Source of the DNA: Azolla caroliniana
Taxonomy: Eukaryota > Plantae > Polypodiophyta
Reading direction: 5' to 3'
DNA: 64,000 bases
NCBI GenBank assembly: GCA_043228905.1
Contig: JBHGNT010000011.1
Location: 22,180,349-22,244,348, forward strand
Below, piece after piece: positions 27,601 to 37,900 of this stretch (its first letter is position 1; the number at the start of each line of letters is the position of its first letter). A program made the translations under genes and the position numbers. A model generated the notes under the pieces. That model saw nothing but the letters and a program-made list of their open reading frames with translations. It ran no database searches and was not told the DNA's origin.

Positions 27601-30600
27601 TGCCATGCTATCTTTGCCCTATGCTATTTGAGGTGCTGTGAGTCATTCAAGCATTACCCAAGTTACTCCATCTTCTTTATGATCTCAACCAGAGCTTTGT
27701 GTAGGTTGTTCCACTTAACGGAGGGCTGGGTGCATATGCCATAAGAGCTGCCGAGAGTCTTTTCTTTCTTTCCTGCTTAGATTAGGTTTCTCTTTTGCTG
27801 TACTGGAGGGAAGAAGGAATGAGGGAGGCAGAGAGAATGTGTGAGAATGCAGGAACTTGGCCAAAGGTTGCATGATATAACGAAAAATCCTGGAGACACA
27901 TACAATGCTACCTCTACAAGCAGTTTTACAGGAAGTGCTGTACCCCTAATAGCGCGAGTATATTTGAAACTTGGAACATGGCATTGGACTTTGAAGCCTA
28001 TTTTTGATGAAGAAGCAGTGAAGGGTACGTACATGAAAAAGATCTATTGTTTAATAGATTGTTAACTTGAGTTTTTTTCCTAAACTAGAAAATATTTCAT
28101 GCTTTTATAACAGGCATACTTCACGCATTGCGAAATGCGACAGATTATGCACCCGAGTGGGCAAAAGCTTGGCATACATGGGGATTGTTTAATTCTGCTG
28201 TTGTTTCTCAGTATGCAATGCGAGGGCAGCATTCTGCAGTGCGTGGGTATGTTGAGGCTGCAGTTAGAGGGTATTTTCATTCCATTGCATATGCTTCCAA
28301 TCGGAAGGGTGGAGATGACAGTCTGCAGGTCAGATATACTTGAATACATGCCAAGGCAAAGTTTTTAACCACGGGCTAACGTATTTTCAATCATGATCAG
28401 GATATTCTTCGGTTATTAACCTTGTGGTTTAGTTATGGCGCAAGTGATGAAGTCAGAGATGCCCTTCAAGAAGGCTTTACCCAAGTGAATATTGATACAT
28501 GGCTTGTCGTTCTTCCACAAATCATTGCACGGATCCATTCTCATATTCCTGCTGTTAGAGAGCTGATACAGTCATTGCTTGTTCGTATCGGAAGAGATCA
28601 CCCACAGGTTGTCTCAGTTCCACAATTATTCTACTAAATGGAAAGGTTTCTTGTAGTGCTGAGTTTTTTTATATGTTTGGAAACTATTCTAAAGTATATA
28701 TTGCTGTTGACTGCTACAGGCACTAATGTATCCTCTGCTTGTGGCTTGTAAATCCATAAGCTCGCTTCGACGAACTGCCGCAGAACAAGTTGTTGAAGAA
28801 GTTCGCCAACATAGTCCACACAGTGCACGTCTCGTTGAGCAGGTAGGGAGGTTTGATGCTTTTTTATTGGTTTCAAAGGTACAGGTCATTGTTAGAAAAC
28901 CTGCATCACCTGTATCAGGCCCAGCTGGTTTCCAAGGAACTCATAAGAGTAGCCATCTTATGGCATGAGACATGGCATGAAGCCTTAGAAGAAGCCAGTC
29001 GCCTATACTTTGGTGAGCACAATGTAGAGGGAATGCTACATGTGCTGTTGCCGTTGCACACTCTGCTTGAAAAGGAAGGGCCTAAAACAGCTCAGGAAAT
29101 TCTTTTTGTTCAGGTAATTTCAGAGTTGGATTGGATTTAAGACTGTTTATCGTATCCTCTCTCATTTCATGTTTATTTTACGTATACTAGAATTATGGCC
29201 GTGAACTGCAAGAAGCATATGAATGCTGCATGAAATATCGTAAAACAGGAAAAGAAGCAGAGCTAACCCAGGTGAAACAATGGGTGAAATATTTTTATGC
29301 TGCTCTAACAGGGATTTCATGTGTGCATTTGATTTTATGTATTTATGTATATTTAGGCATGGGATCTATATTATCATGTATTCAAGAGGATTAATAAACA
29401 ACTTCCGAGCTTAACCACGCTGGAGTTGCAGGTATAATTTTCTGCTACCTCTTCCTCGGCTACGACGTACTGACTTTGACCTGTAGTTGATATTAATATA
29501 TCTATTTATGTCTTTGTTGCTTTCCCTTCTTGCTTTGTTATAAGCGTGTAATGATTTTTGCCCTTTCCAGAATGTATCCCCGGATCTTCTCAATGCTCGT
29601 GATCTGGTTCTTGCTGTCCCTGGAACATATCGTGCAGGTATATGATTTATGGATAATCTAGTGTCGCATACTTTATAGACTGACATTATTATCTGACTAC
29701 TTTGTAGGGGCTCCTGTTGTTACAATTACTGGGTTTGCACCCCAGCTTCTTGTCATTCCATCAAAACAACGGCCCAGAAAGTGTACTATCTATGGTAGTG
29801 ATGGTGAAGATCATGCCTTCCTCTTGAAAGGACATGAAGATTTGAGGCAGGATGAGAGAGTTATGCAGGTATATGATGCAGAGTATTAATAAAAGCTTCT
29901 CCATGGTATGATCATTATCAATTGGTTAATATGAAATTGGTGTGGACCAGCTATTTGGATTGGTGAATACATTACTTGCAAATGCTCCTCACACGGCAGA
30001 AAAAGACCTTTCTATTCAACGATATGCTGTCATTCCACTGTCTCCCAATAGTGGATTGTTAGGTTGGGTCCCTAATTGCGACACACTTCACCATCTTATC
30101 CGGGAGTACAGGGATGCACGGAAGGTAAAATCTTGTTGGGTAATTTGTGGTTTAACTCTGTTGTATTCTCTAAACGATAGTCATGTTTCTCGTAGCAGAT
30201 CCCAGTCAATATGGAACATCGTCTCATGCTGGCATTTGCTCCTGATTATGAAAACCTTACATTGATTGCTAAGGTGGAGGTCTTTGAACATGCATTGCAG
30301 AATACAGATGGGAATGATCTTGCTAAAGTAAGTGTCTGTATAATTACATGGTTATTGGAAAGCTCAATATGTTAATCTAGATACATTTTCTGTTCAGGTT
30401 CTTTGGCTAAAGAGTAGAACCTCTGAGGTTTGGCTTTCACGTAGAACTAATTATACACGGAGTCTAGCTGTAATGAGCATGGTATCCTCTTTTCCTATTT
30501 AAGGGTGTTCCAGTATCAATTTTTTAACACTTCTTATTCTTTTCTCATATGAAATTTCATTTACAGGTGGGCTACCTCCTAGGTCTGGGTGATCGGCATC

Positions 30601-32504
30601 CGAGCAATCTTATGCTTCATCGAGTAAGGTGAGAAAATGATTTGATATGAATTATGAGTTTGTGTGCACATCATATTTGCAAATCGATAATTTTTCTCTT
30701 TCCTGCGCATGAGGTGCACAGTGGGAAGATTCTCCATATTGACTTTGGTGACTGCTTTGAAGCAGCTATGAATCGTGAAAAGTTTCCTGAGAAGGTCAGT
30801 TATTATATGATAGAACATTGGCTTTCATGGGGATTATGCAAGCACAAATTCATAACAAGTCTGGATTGGTGTTTCTGTTTCAGGTTCCTTTTAGGCTCAC
30901 TAGAATGCTAGTCAGAGCTATGGAAGTTAGTGGGATAGAAGGAAATTTTAGGTTCACTTGTGAAAATGTTGTTCAAGTTCTTAGATCAAACACGGATAGT
31001 GTAATGGCAATGATGGAGGTACATTTGATCATAGAAATATTAGTTCAATTTATGAACACATGGGTTACTCTAGATTTGATATGCATATATATACCCAAAA
31101 GCTAATGCTTGTGGTGAATTTCAGGCATTTGTCCATGATCCTTTGATAAATTGGCGGCTTTTCAACATGAATGAGGTTCCTCAAATGGGAACTCTTGCAA
31201 GTAACCGTACCTTAACAAGTGATGGCGGTAGTGCACTGCAAGATGCCGCTTCACCAATTCAAAGAGGATTTAGAGAACGTGAAGTTATGCAGGTATTGTT
31301 GTCATATTGTGATTAGATTCTGCTGCAAGAATGAGCTAAATATTGTTGGCTTATGAAATTCTGTTACAATTGTTTTTTGCAGGCTGTAGGACAGTTGGGT
31401 GATGCCAATGAAGTCCTTAATGAGCGTGCTGTAGCAGTAATGGCTCGTATGAAGTATAAGTTAACCGGACGTGATTTTTCTCCAGCCTCTGCTTCAGCTG
31501 GGAATTTAATGAACAGTTCTGTTCTGGCGGATCGAACTGCATTAAGTGCTGATCACGATTCAGAAACTGGACTTTCTGTTAGTGTTCAGGTGCAGAAGCT
31601 TATTGATCAGGCAATGTCGCATGAAAACTTGTGTCAATGCTATGTTGGGTATACTCCTTCGCCTTTAAATGATGTTATTAATGAATCTGTTTTTTATAAT
31701 CGCAACTTCGCGCCTAGAATAATTTGATAGTGTCTGAACTGATTTAGGTATTAAGAGGTGTTATCTTTGCATTGCCACATAAAATTAATGTTCTATGTTT
31801 CAGCAGAATAATTAGCAGAGTGCTACCAAAACTGTGGTTTTTATCAGCAAAATAAGTAGTGTACTGTTATCTACCATTATAAGTACGCAGTGTAACCTCT
31901 TGGTTCTGGAAGTACCACTGTCTTTTTATGCCTTAAATCCTACTTATTTTGAAACCCTGGCTAAGATTATAGAAGCAAACAAAGAGCGTAGAGTAATAAA
32001 AAGTTGCCTCTGATACAAATTAGAGGGTTCTGAGAGCCAAGAAAATAAGCCCAGTAAAAACGACAAAAGTTTTACACTTATCAAATATATATGATGACAA
32101 TCATCCCTTGTCCAAGAAGCCTTGCCCATCGGCATAAGCATCAAGAAACTGGCAGAATATTTAGTGGCTCTTTGTAACAGTTATGGACAGCTAGCTACCA
32201 TCGTGCAGGGTTAGATTTTTTATTTCTCCTTTTTCAACTTTCCATATAACTAGTGAATCACTAGTAGTGATAGACAATCTTTTTGGACCTTTGTGGAAAC
32301 TGTCTGATTGACATTTCTAGATTGCTTTTAGATTACCACTTTCCACCTGCAACTTTGTACTTATTTCAAGATTTGGCTACATGGATATAATCATCTGTAG
32401 TGCCTTGTAAATTTCTATGCATCCTCTCTTGATAAACAATAGAATGAGTAAAAAGCAGAGAAAAAAAGATGGCTTTTAATTGCAGGTGGTGCCCTTTCTG
32501 GTGA
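655..32504 (+). CDS. TOR: Serine/threonine kinase TARGET OF RAPAMYCIN (HEAT-FAT-FRB-PIKK kinase-FATC); N-terminal ~500 aa lie upstream of the window
   Basis: 48 GT-AG exons joined in frame by eye: 655-861,1008-1160,1241-1362,1457-1556,1636-1731,1821-1951,3332-3434,3515-3700,3778-3867,4008-4043,7122-7220,7363-7461,7581-7743,8083-8216,8916-8968,9095-9218,9294-9494,9561-9713,9783-9935,10012-10083,10159-10293,10387-10448,12792-12889,13333-13442,13522-13695,13790-13855,14877-14945,17188-17301,17402-17539,17614-17757,27853-28024,28114-28328,28401-28607,28720-28842,28919-29113,29191-29271,29357-29431,29571-29637,29708-29868,29951-30124,30199-30327,30398-30481,30567-30628,30722-30794,30884-31018,31125-31292,31383-31648,32486-32504. 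Motifs: [87 protein letters not shown]. Confidence 0.97.
4024..4301 (+). repeat. 140-bp tandem duplication covering the 3' end of a TOR exon and its splice donor
   Basis: ccatatctttcgaaGgtgagtaaaatggttcagaaac at ~4029 recurs as ccatatctttcgaaTgtgagtaaaatggttcagaaac at ~4169. Confidence 0.9.
4530..5689 (-). mobile_element. Degenerate 5'-truncated LINE, family A, in a TOR intron
   Basis: Reverse-complement homology to ~20125-21389 ([14 protein letters not shown], 3' UTR, (TTTC)n tail); many indels and stops. Confidence 0.85.
5690..6472 (-). mobile_element. Younger 5'-truncated LINE, family A 3' end
   Basis: Close reverse-complement match to ~20600-21389; [18 protein letters not shown]...[14 protein letters not shown]; (GAAA)n at 5691. 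Confidence 0.9.
8333..8549. repeat. ~108-bp intronic tandem duplication (diverged)
   Basis: tagtttttcatgaataaattaccaaggtca...gatgatacactttgaaattcacaga...gctgtctgtt occurs twice in tandem. Confidence 0.88.
11726..12440 (-). mobile_element. Old degenerate family A LINE relic
   Basis: gaaagaaag...ttttaaggggccaaaatagtcaataagacc matches the family A 3' end in reverse; further patches match ORF2 (gtcactgatcagaataatgc, attatcgagactag). Confidence 0.65.
15265..16240 (+). mobile_element. Degenerate family A LINE relic with internal deletions
   Basis: Colinear with ~19885-21360 (acaccaacacttccctatggagtagaaacctgggg, gagagacctttagtctcaatgattgcccgcatgataag; ends ggtcttatagggcattttggcctgctgaaagacgtta). 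Confidence 0.8.
16700..17136 (+). mobile_element. Degenerate family A LINE 3' end
   Basis: [23 protein letters not shown] resembles [23 protein letters not shown]; terminal ggtcttataggctagtttggctccttaaaagg and TC-rich tail. Confidence 0.75.
17868..18485 (-). mobile_element. Cluster of short family A LINE 3'-end fragments separated by a (G)n(GA)n tract
   Basis: The terminal motif ttttaagaggccaaaatggcctataagacc (or a variant) recurs at ~17895, ~18262 and ~18395; (GA)n at 18231-18252. Confidence 0.8.
18664..19138 (+). mobile_element. 5'-truncated LINE, family B 3' end with (AATTCT)n tail
   Basis: [13 protein letters not shown]...[19 protein letters not shown]...HMNTPS*; nearly identical to the reverse complement of ~47475-47940. 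Confidence 0.9.
19143..21389 (+). mobile_element. Young 5'-truncated LINE, family A (RTEX/RTE-like), sense to TOR
   Basis: Uninterrupted RT frame, 3' UTR with stem-loop, (TTTC)n tail at ~21368-21388. Confidence 0.93.
19159..21177 (+). CDS. LINE ORF2 fragment: reverse transcriptase, C-terminal Cys/His knuckle and basic extension (endonuclease lost by 5' truncation; no native start)
   Basis: [57 protein letters not shown]...ERICQLC...EEHYVCHC; 672 open codons. Confidence 0.9.
   Translation: MSIWAEQNGCRSIGQAGFRKGFTTLDHIFTLRALIEEGRAHNKRIYCCFVDFRKAFDTVPRARLMQRLEAIGVPIDMQWGIYALYESVSGKVRSPKGLLEVVASTIGVKQGCPLSPTLFGLYIDEVSQYIERFGGSGAHLAGIPIQILLYADDIVLISDSPEGLQRHLNALKLFCTDKGLSINMNKTKVMVFNTTQAWVTRSEPEFFLGEEKVEYTRSYTYLGVTFTGPRFSLQEAACARLSRGYAALGALERQCAHLQFQEPRTKLWLFDTLVTPTLLYGVETWGPSLNKANHWKDLERPLVSMIARMIRSKASVPHDIIQAEMGATPIITEALFRSVTFIQHLWELPKRRYPRLALMSSRQLIENGDTHCWYAEMQQWFASHGMSINALPPFQYSLDCPHLNMTKVEKNRVIRTDIINLENKITWISPKIALGTKMAHYKTHFLRTSEDGFVIRPPYMDIHLSYALRSVIGQLRTSSHQLQIEVGRYTRLPLEERICQLCYQGVESEEHYVCHCSVFYEIRGRYHCLFKQGFGPLRKVMEYEDQRCLGLFLLELKRHREKLLKNIATQAHPQRTIITFFSSITPNARSQPQDTEMGSKPRYNKGVTIDRAMAICRARRPRPHGPRPRHPCHRQIKAIISRHRRCFPRFGDISILDRPMIEIFRRQKLQYT
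21404..21725 (-). mobile_element. Very old family A LINE relic
   Basis: Patchy similarity to the family A 3' end (aagacagaatgagaaatcacat...tttgaggacaaac; gacaaattgctagtgtctgatctattgt). Confidence 0.5.
22340..26040 (-). pseudogene. Family C LINE ORF2 (APE endonuclease, RT, Cys/His knuckle, C-terminal extension)
   Basis: [68 protein letters not shown]; in-frame TGA at 25867, 25603 and 23461, with later stops and frameshifts. Confidence 0.88.
26077..26890 (-). pseudogene. Family C LINE ORF1 (coiled coil, RRM-like and CTD)
   Basis: [12 protein letters not shown]-rich coiled coil, [19 protein letters not shown], then [18 protein letters not shown]...IINDRTTN* (a single TAA at 26215, probably from Tyr). 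Confidence 0.85.
28919..29431 (+). CDS. TOR: TOR FRB (FKBP12-rapamycin-binding) domain exons
   Basis: [24 protein letters not shown]...[16 protein letters not shown] over three exons; the Ser equivalent to mTOR S2035 and the T/W/Y/F pocket residues are retained. Confidence 0.93.
29708..32504 (+). CDS. TOR: TOR PI3K-like kinase domain and FATC exons
   Basis: SKQRPRK, catalytic Lys in [18 protein letters not shown] catalytic loop, DFG, KLTGRDF, and 19-nt last coding segment G-TGG TGC CCT TTC TGG TGA. Confidence 0.95.
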
Positions 32505-34335
32505 GGTCGCTCCATTGTAAACAGGGAGGATAAATTCAATTTTGTACTATATGTATAAAAAGTCTCAATGTATATAGTGTGGCTGCAGGGAAATAAGCTG
32601 CCTTGCTCCATTGTAATATGTTGCCTGTAATATATCAGAAGAACCATAATTAATATGGTGTAATATATTACTTCCGTGTAACATATTGCATTTTGTTCTA
32701 TACAAATCTTCTGGGTGATTTTCTTTCATCAATGTAGTAGTCCAAATTTGTATTCTGTAAAAATCATATAAAGTAGTACCTCATACATGTATGGTGCTGT
32801 GTATAAAAATACAAGCCGTGATAAAGAGCTGATGGTCTAAAAAATGGTTGATAGAGCGTAGACTAGCTAAAGATCTTTATGAGGAGCCAAAAATCCAATG
32901 GATCTCCAACCATCTAGGAGTACATTCTTTGCACAATTAGTGTATCATAAAAACATACAAATGTATACTGGCACACAAAAACATACAAGTGCCTAGCAAT
33001 GTATGAATGTTAAATTCTCGTTGATCCATGCCTCAAGGATGGGACACTTTGACTTTGATTAGGTTGTACATGCCTAAATTTTTTATGAATTGTTACAGGG
33101 AGAGCCTTGGATTCTTGCGTAGATTGTGTCAAGTTACCATTTTTAGGTATCTCCAATTCCCTCATCCTGCAGAATATAATGTTATTCCATCCCTTCTACT
33201 TTGAGGCTCTCTAGGATAGTGCAATTACCTCATGATCCATAACTTGCCCCTTGGTTTTTGGTTTTTGGTTTTTATTCAATCCAGCAGTGAAGGGTGGGTA
33301 TAATAGATTATTTGGCCTTCCAAATCTCTTTTTTCCTACCATCTTCGTTCAATCATTTCAAGTACCTCTACATATGTTGGGCACCTTTACAATGTTGGAT
33401 TGACATGAGATGACTAAGGAGCTTTCTGAATGCATGTGTTCTATTCAAAATATTTCTTCCCATAGATGTTGAAGTCCAATGATGCAAAACTGATGAGAAA
33501 TTTCATTACTTTTTGTACGTGTTTTATGCAAGCACATGCTGGGTGTGAACAAGCTCCAACACCCAAACCACCTTATAAGCTACTCTGAAGAAAGGTGAGG
33601 TGCATTAAAAACAAGAGTGAGTTAATTGCCTACTGTTTAAAATTAACCTTGTGAAGGATCCTTCTTGAAAAATGATACCAAAACCAAAAGAGGGTTCATC
33701 CTTCTTGAATGTATATGAGTACATGATTAAATGGGTGTAATTTCGTAAAGAAAATATTGAGGCTCTTTGAATGTTTATCAAGTGGCAAACGATGGTGTAG
33801 AAGCAACTAGATTAAAAGGTGGAGAGTCTCTAGATTGATCCAAGAGGAGTGATCGGCCCTTGGCGTAGAAGATAGATGTTTGTTGGATACAACCTAGAGT
33901 CCAAGGCCTACATACAACTAGAAGATGATACCCAGTGGGCATGTGAGATTCAATGAAGGTCCACATGTCTGGGAGTGGATGTGCTGGGAGTGGATGTGCG
34001 AGACATAAATAAAGGTACAACCATCAACTAGTCAACATTGGAAAAGTTTGCAACATGAGAAACAGGTCAATCTCGCTCTCTAGGCAGTTGTCTTTGATAA
34101 TGACTAGGAATCAAGATTTATGGATGAGGCAATTCTAGATGCGTGATTGAAAGAATCCAGAGTTGCTTGAGGAAGTGAATCCAGTCACTTTGGAGTCTGA
34201 GATTAAGAGTGTACACCCAACAATAATAATTAGGACTTTGAGGATAAACTAAATAAACAGGTATGAGCTTTTCAATGTAATAAAATCCACCAAGTCCCGA
34301 GCTCTGAGTACAAGGCTTCAAATTCACCTTGGCAA

Positions 34336-34414
34336 TATATATCACGTGGACTCACTGTTCTTTCTACCACGTGGACACAAAATATATCACGTGGACTCAC
34401 TGTTCTTTCTACCA
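34336..34414. repeat. 45-bp tandem duplication containing three CACGTG (G-box) cores, between the TOR and SCAPER 3' ends
   Basis: tatatcacgtggactcactgttctttctaccac twice; CACGTG at 34343, 34368 and 34388. Confidence 0.8.
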
Positions 34415-34929
34415 CTCAATCTCAATTTCTTTCTGTGGTTCCATCCTCCTCTTATTTGAGCTTCTGCCTTTCATAATTTCTATAGTATCCACATGTTTTG
34501 TTCAAACATAATATTGAATTCTGATCCATGATCAAGATATGGAACATGCATCCTAAATTTTCATCAATGCTTCACATTTGTTAAAACATCATTTGAATAG
34601 AGATGCGATAAATCAATTTCTTCTGAGAAAATTGTCTATATTTATTTTATGATAATAATGCCAGTGGTTACAACCAGTTTTTTTTGTGATTTTATCCTCT
34701 TTCTGTGAGGGAAACTATTTACAGCTTGACCTTGACAATCTTATATTCTTGTGTCGGGATTGAAAGCAGCCAACCTAAGAATATTCCATGACCAAAACTA
34801 CATAATCCATAATGACCTTGAGCCACTGCATAATAAAACCTTCAATTAGCAATCTGATAGGAAAACATATTTTTTGTAGCAATTCTGAAATGGCATCATC
34901 ATTCTGCCGTTTTGATCTACTCCATTGCT

Positions 34930-37900
34930 TTACAAGACACAGGAGAAGAAGGCCTGAGCCTTATCAAGAAGGCAAGCTGGAAAGCGGTTCTCCAACAACA
35001 AGTCTGAACGAAGATAAGCATTAGATTCAGCCACATCTGTAGACATTGCTATACAATCAGAATTTGCTACTGGATTGTCACATGCCACAGATTGTCGTTT
35101 ATTCAAAATCAAGCCTGTATTTGAGTTGCTGATTTTCATCGTGGATTCAACCATTGATACTTTAGCCTTTCTCAATAATTGAGTAGCAGTATCAACACTT
35201 GTTGACAATGCACTCCCTTTAACTTGATTTTTGTTAATGGAACTCCTTGCTATGGAGACCTCTCTTGCAGATGATTGTTCTCCATCAGCTGTCGCACCAT
35301 TTTTTATAACTGTTTTGCCTTTCCTACCTGGTGAATCAGCATTTGATGATTTTCCCAAACCCAACCGTGATACAGCCTGTTGCCGAAGATTATAATTTGT
35401 TTCATTATCTGAACCAGCAGGATCATCAATCATCCGCTTCATCTCTTCCCTTGTCGGTATAATCCCCTCCACTACTCGACTTTCTGGTTTCTCATCATTG
35501 GCGGCAGTGTCTATTTGAGGACCTTGATCTATACCACTGCAAACTTGACCTTCAATAGATACAGCATTATTCATTTCCTTCCTTGAAGTTTTCAGCAATG
35601 ACAGCAACATTTCCATACTAATCTCCTCTTGGATAACATCTCTATTTTGTTCGCTGCCATAGCAAATCGCCAGTAAAGTCCCAACCAAGACAGGCATCAA
35701 GGAAGGGTCACTAAAGAAAGCAAATGGCAGATCACATATCTGCAAAGCTACAAGGAGTAAGTAAATCTGTGGTTGAAATTGTCGAATTGTAGAGTACATT
35801 GAAAATAAAAACCAGCTGAAATCATACACAATATCTTAACTATAGTGAGGAAGCTTAAATAGAAAATGGAATAATGAGTGTAACCTTATGTAGAATAGTA
35901 GGACTTTTGCCCCAACGAAGGACTGCTTGGTTTCCAGGATGTAGTAAAGCAAAGTATCCCAGCAAGAGAAGTGTTTCCAGCAAAAGTGATGCAACCTGCA
36001 GAATACAAAACGCAAAAATGAACTAATGTAGGTGAAATTCACAATGAACATTGAACAGATTACAAAGATCATGACTCACATACCTGATCAGTTGGGTTGC
36101 TCCATTTACAAGTGCAGTGTGTCAAAAGAAAACTGACCAAATGAAAGAACTCCATCTGCAAATCAGGCATGGCCTGCACAATAAGGAAGAAACAGGTCAT
36201 ACAATTGAATAGTGGCGAATATAACAAATATATAAGAGAGAGAGGGAGAATAACTTTTCAAAATCTAAAATTTATTAATGAAACAGATTGTAATGCAGAA
36301 GAAAACCCACTAAGAATGCACCGAACACATCAACAGAAAGAGTGTACACAAAAATTATGGATTGACTTTCAACATGAAAAGCACATAATTTATTTTATGA
36401 AGTTATAGGAAACCATTAAAGATCAATTAAATCTGCGGATTCAATCATACCAATAAATTCTGCACCAGCTCAAGGTCCAAACGAGCAAGGTTGTTCAGAA
36501 CCTTCAGAACACATGTAGCCACTTCATTGAAGTTCGATGGAAGTGCAACAGCACCCTGTAAGTTAGTATGACATTCTCAGTAATCTGAACACAAAGGTTT
36601 AGAACTATTCAACTTATAAAAGCACACATATCCACCTGTTCTGTGGCTGACCGAGGATTGGTTTGTAGCAGCACTGCTGTAAGCAAAGATGGAAGGCCAA
36701 CTAGTCCTGTCTCTGCAATTGCAGACACTAGGAAATTGGTAGAATGGCATGCAGATGAGGCATGATGTCGCACAAGGGCCTTCTCATTGCAAGATTCCAA
36801 AACTCTTACTTCAGGACCAGGTGGAATTATACACTCTGGGGTCGTTATAGTCACAACACCCAAGTTTACCGTTAGTGCCTCAACCACTGTATCATTACTC
36901 ACAGTATTTAATACGGTGCTTGCACCTTCATTAATGACTAGTTTACTGGCAGTAACTTCATCTGTATCTATTACTGCAGTAGCATTGAACAAACTAGAAT
37001 CAGGCTGGTGACAATCCATTATTTCTGTTGCCTTTATCTCACCTTTTGTGTGTGTCAACTCCACACGAGTTCTGCCAGTCTGAGATACAATAGGACTACT
37101 GACAGGCAAAACCACTGGAGTGTCTCTTAGCTCTTGCCGTGTGATCATTGCACTGAGGTATGCATCATATGGTAGACCAACAATCTTACCTCTAGTAGCT
37201 GTGATTGCCTGTAGAAGATTAAGGCCAAAAAGCACAGGAGCTGGGAAGGGAGCTCCTTCCACCTGGGGTCTGTCAAATAAAGAGAACAAGTCGCGAAGAT
37301 GATGGATTACTTCACAAGCAACTAGCAACTCTATTAAATCATCCTTCATTGAAACCTGCCGTTCATCTGTATTATTATGATCCATTATAAGCATCACACA
37401 TTCCAAAAGACCATTGAGCACCTCTCCAATAGCATCGGCTTTTTCATCACTCAGCCCTTTGTCAATATTAGTATTAGAACCAAAATTGCCACTATTTGCA
37501 GTAGCATTAATCAAGTCTTGACTGCTAAAATTCTCTAGCGCTGCAGATAACATGGGTATTAGAGGTGGCAAGAGGTTTCTTGAAATAAAATAGCTTCTGT
37601 TTGCTGGTAGAGCTAGCAAGACCTTCAGAATACGAAGCAGAGATAAAGTTGTTTGAGATGCTTCTGCTTTGGAAGTATGAGAAGCTGGAAGAGCTGTTGC
37701 AATGAAGTCCACAAGACCTGCTTGCCTTGCTGCATGGAGTTCTGCTACTTTCCCGTCAAAATACTACAAAATGGACAGCAAAAGGAATTCTAACGAAATC
37801 AGAAACACTTCAAGGTTTTCACAATGATATATCCAGAATTTCAAACAACAGAAATAGATATAGGGTGTTTTAGCTACATCTTATAATCCAATATCGAAAT

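Noticed and set aside
30482-30566. Possible U12-type intron (donor GTATCCTC)
   Set aside because: The donor deviates from GTATCCTT and no TCCTTAAC branch site lies at the expected distance from the acceptor.
33100-34320. Possible decayed L1 between TOR and SCAPER (and a similar patch at ~45600-45860)
   Set aside because: Only vague motif fragments; cannot be supported without a homology search.
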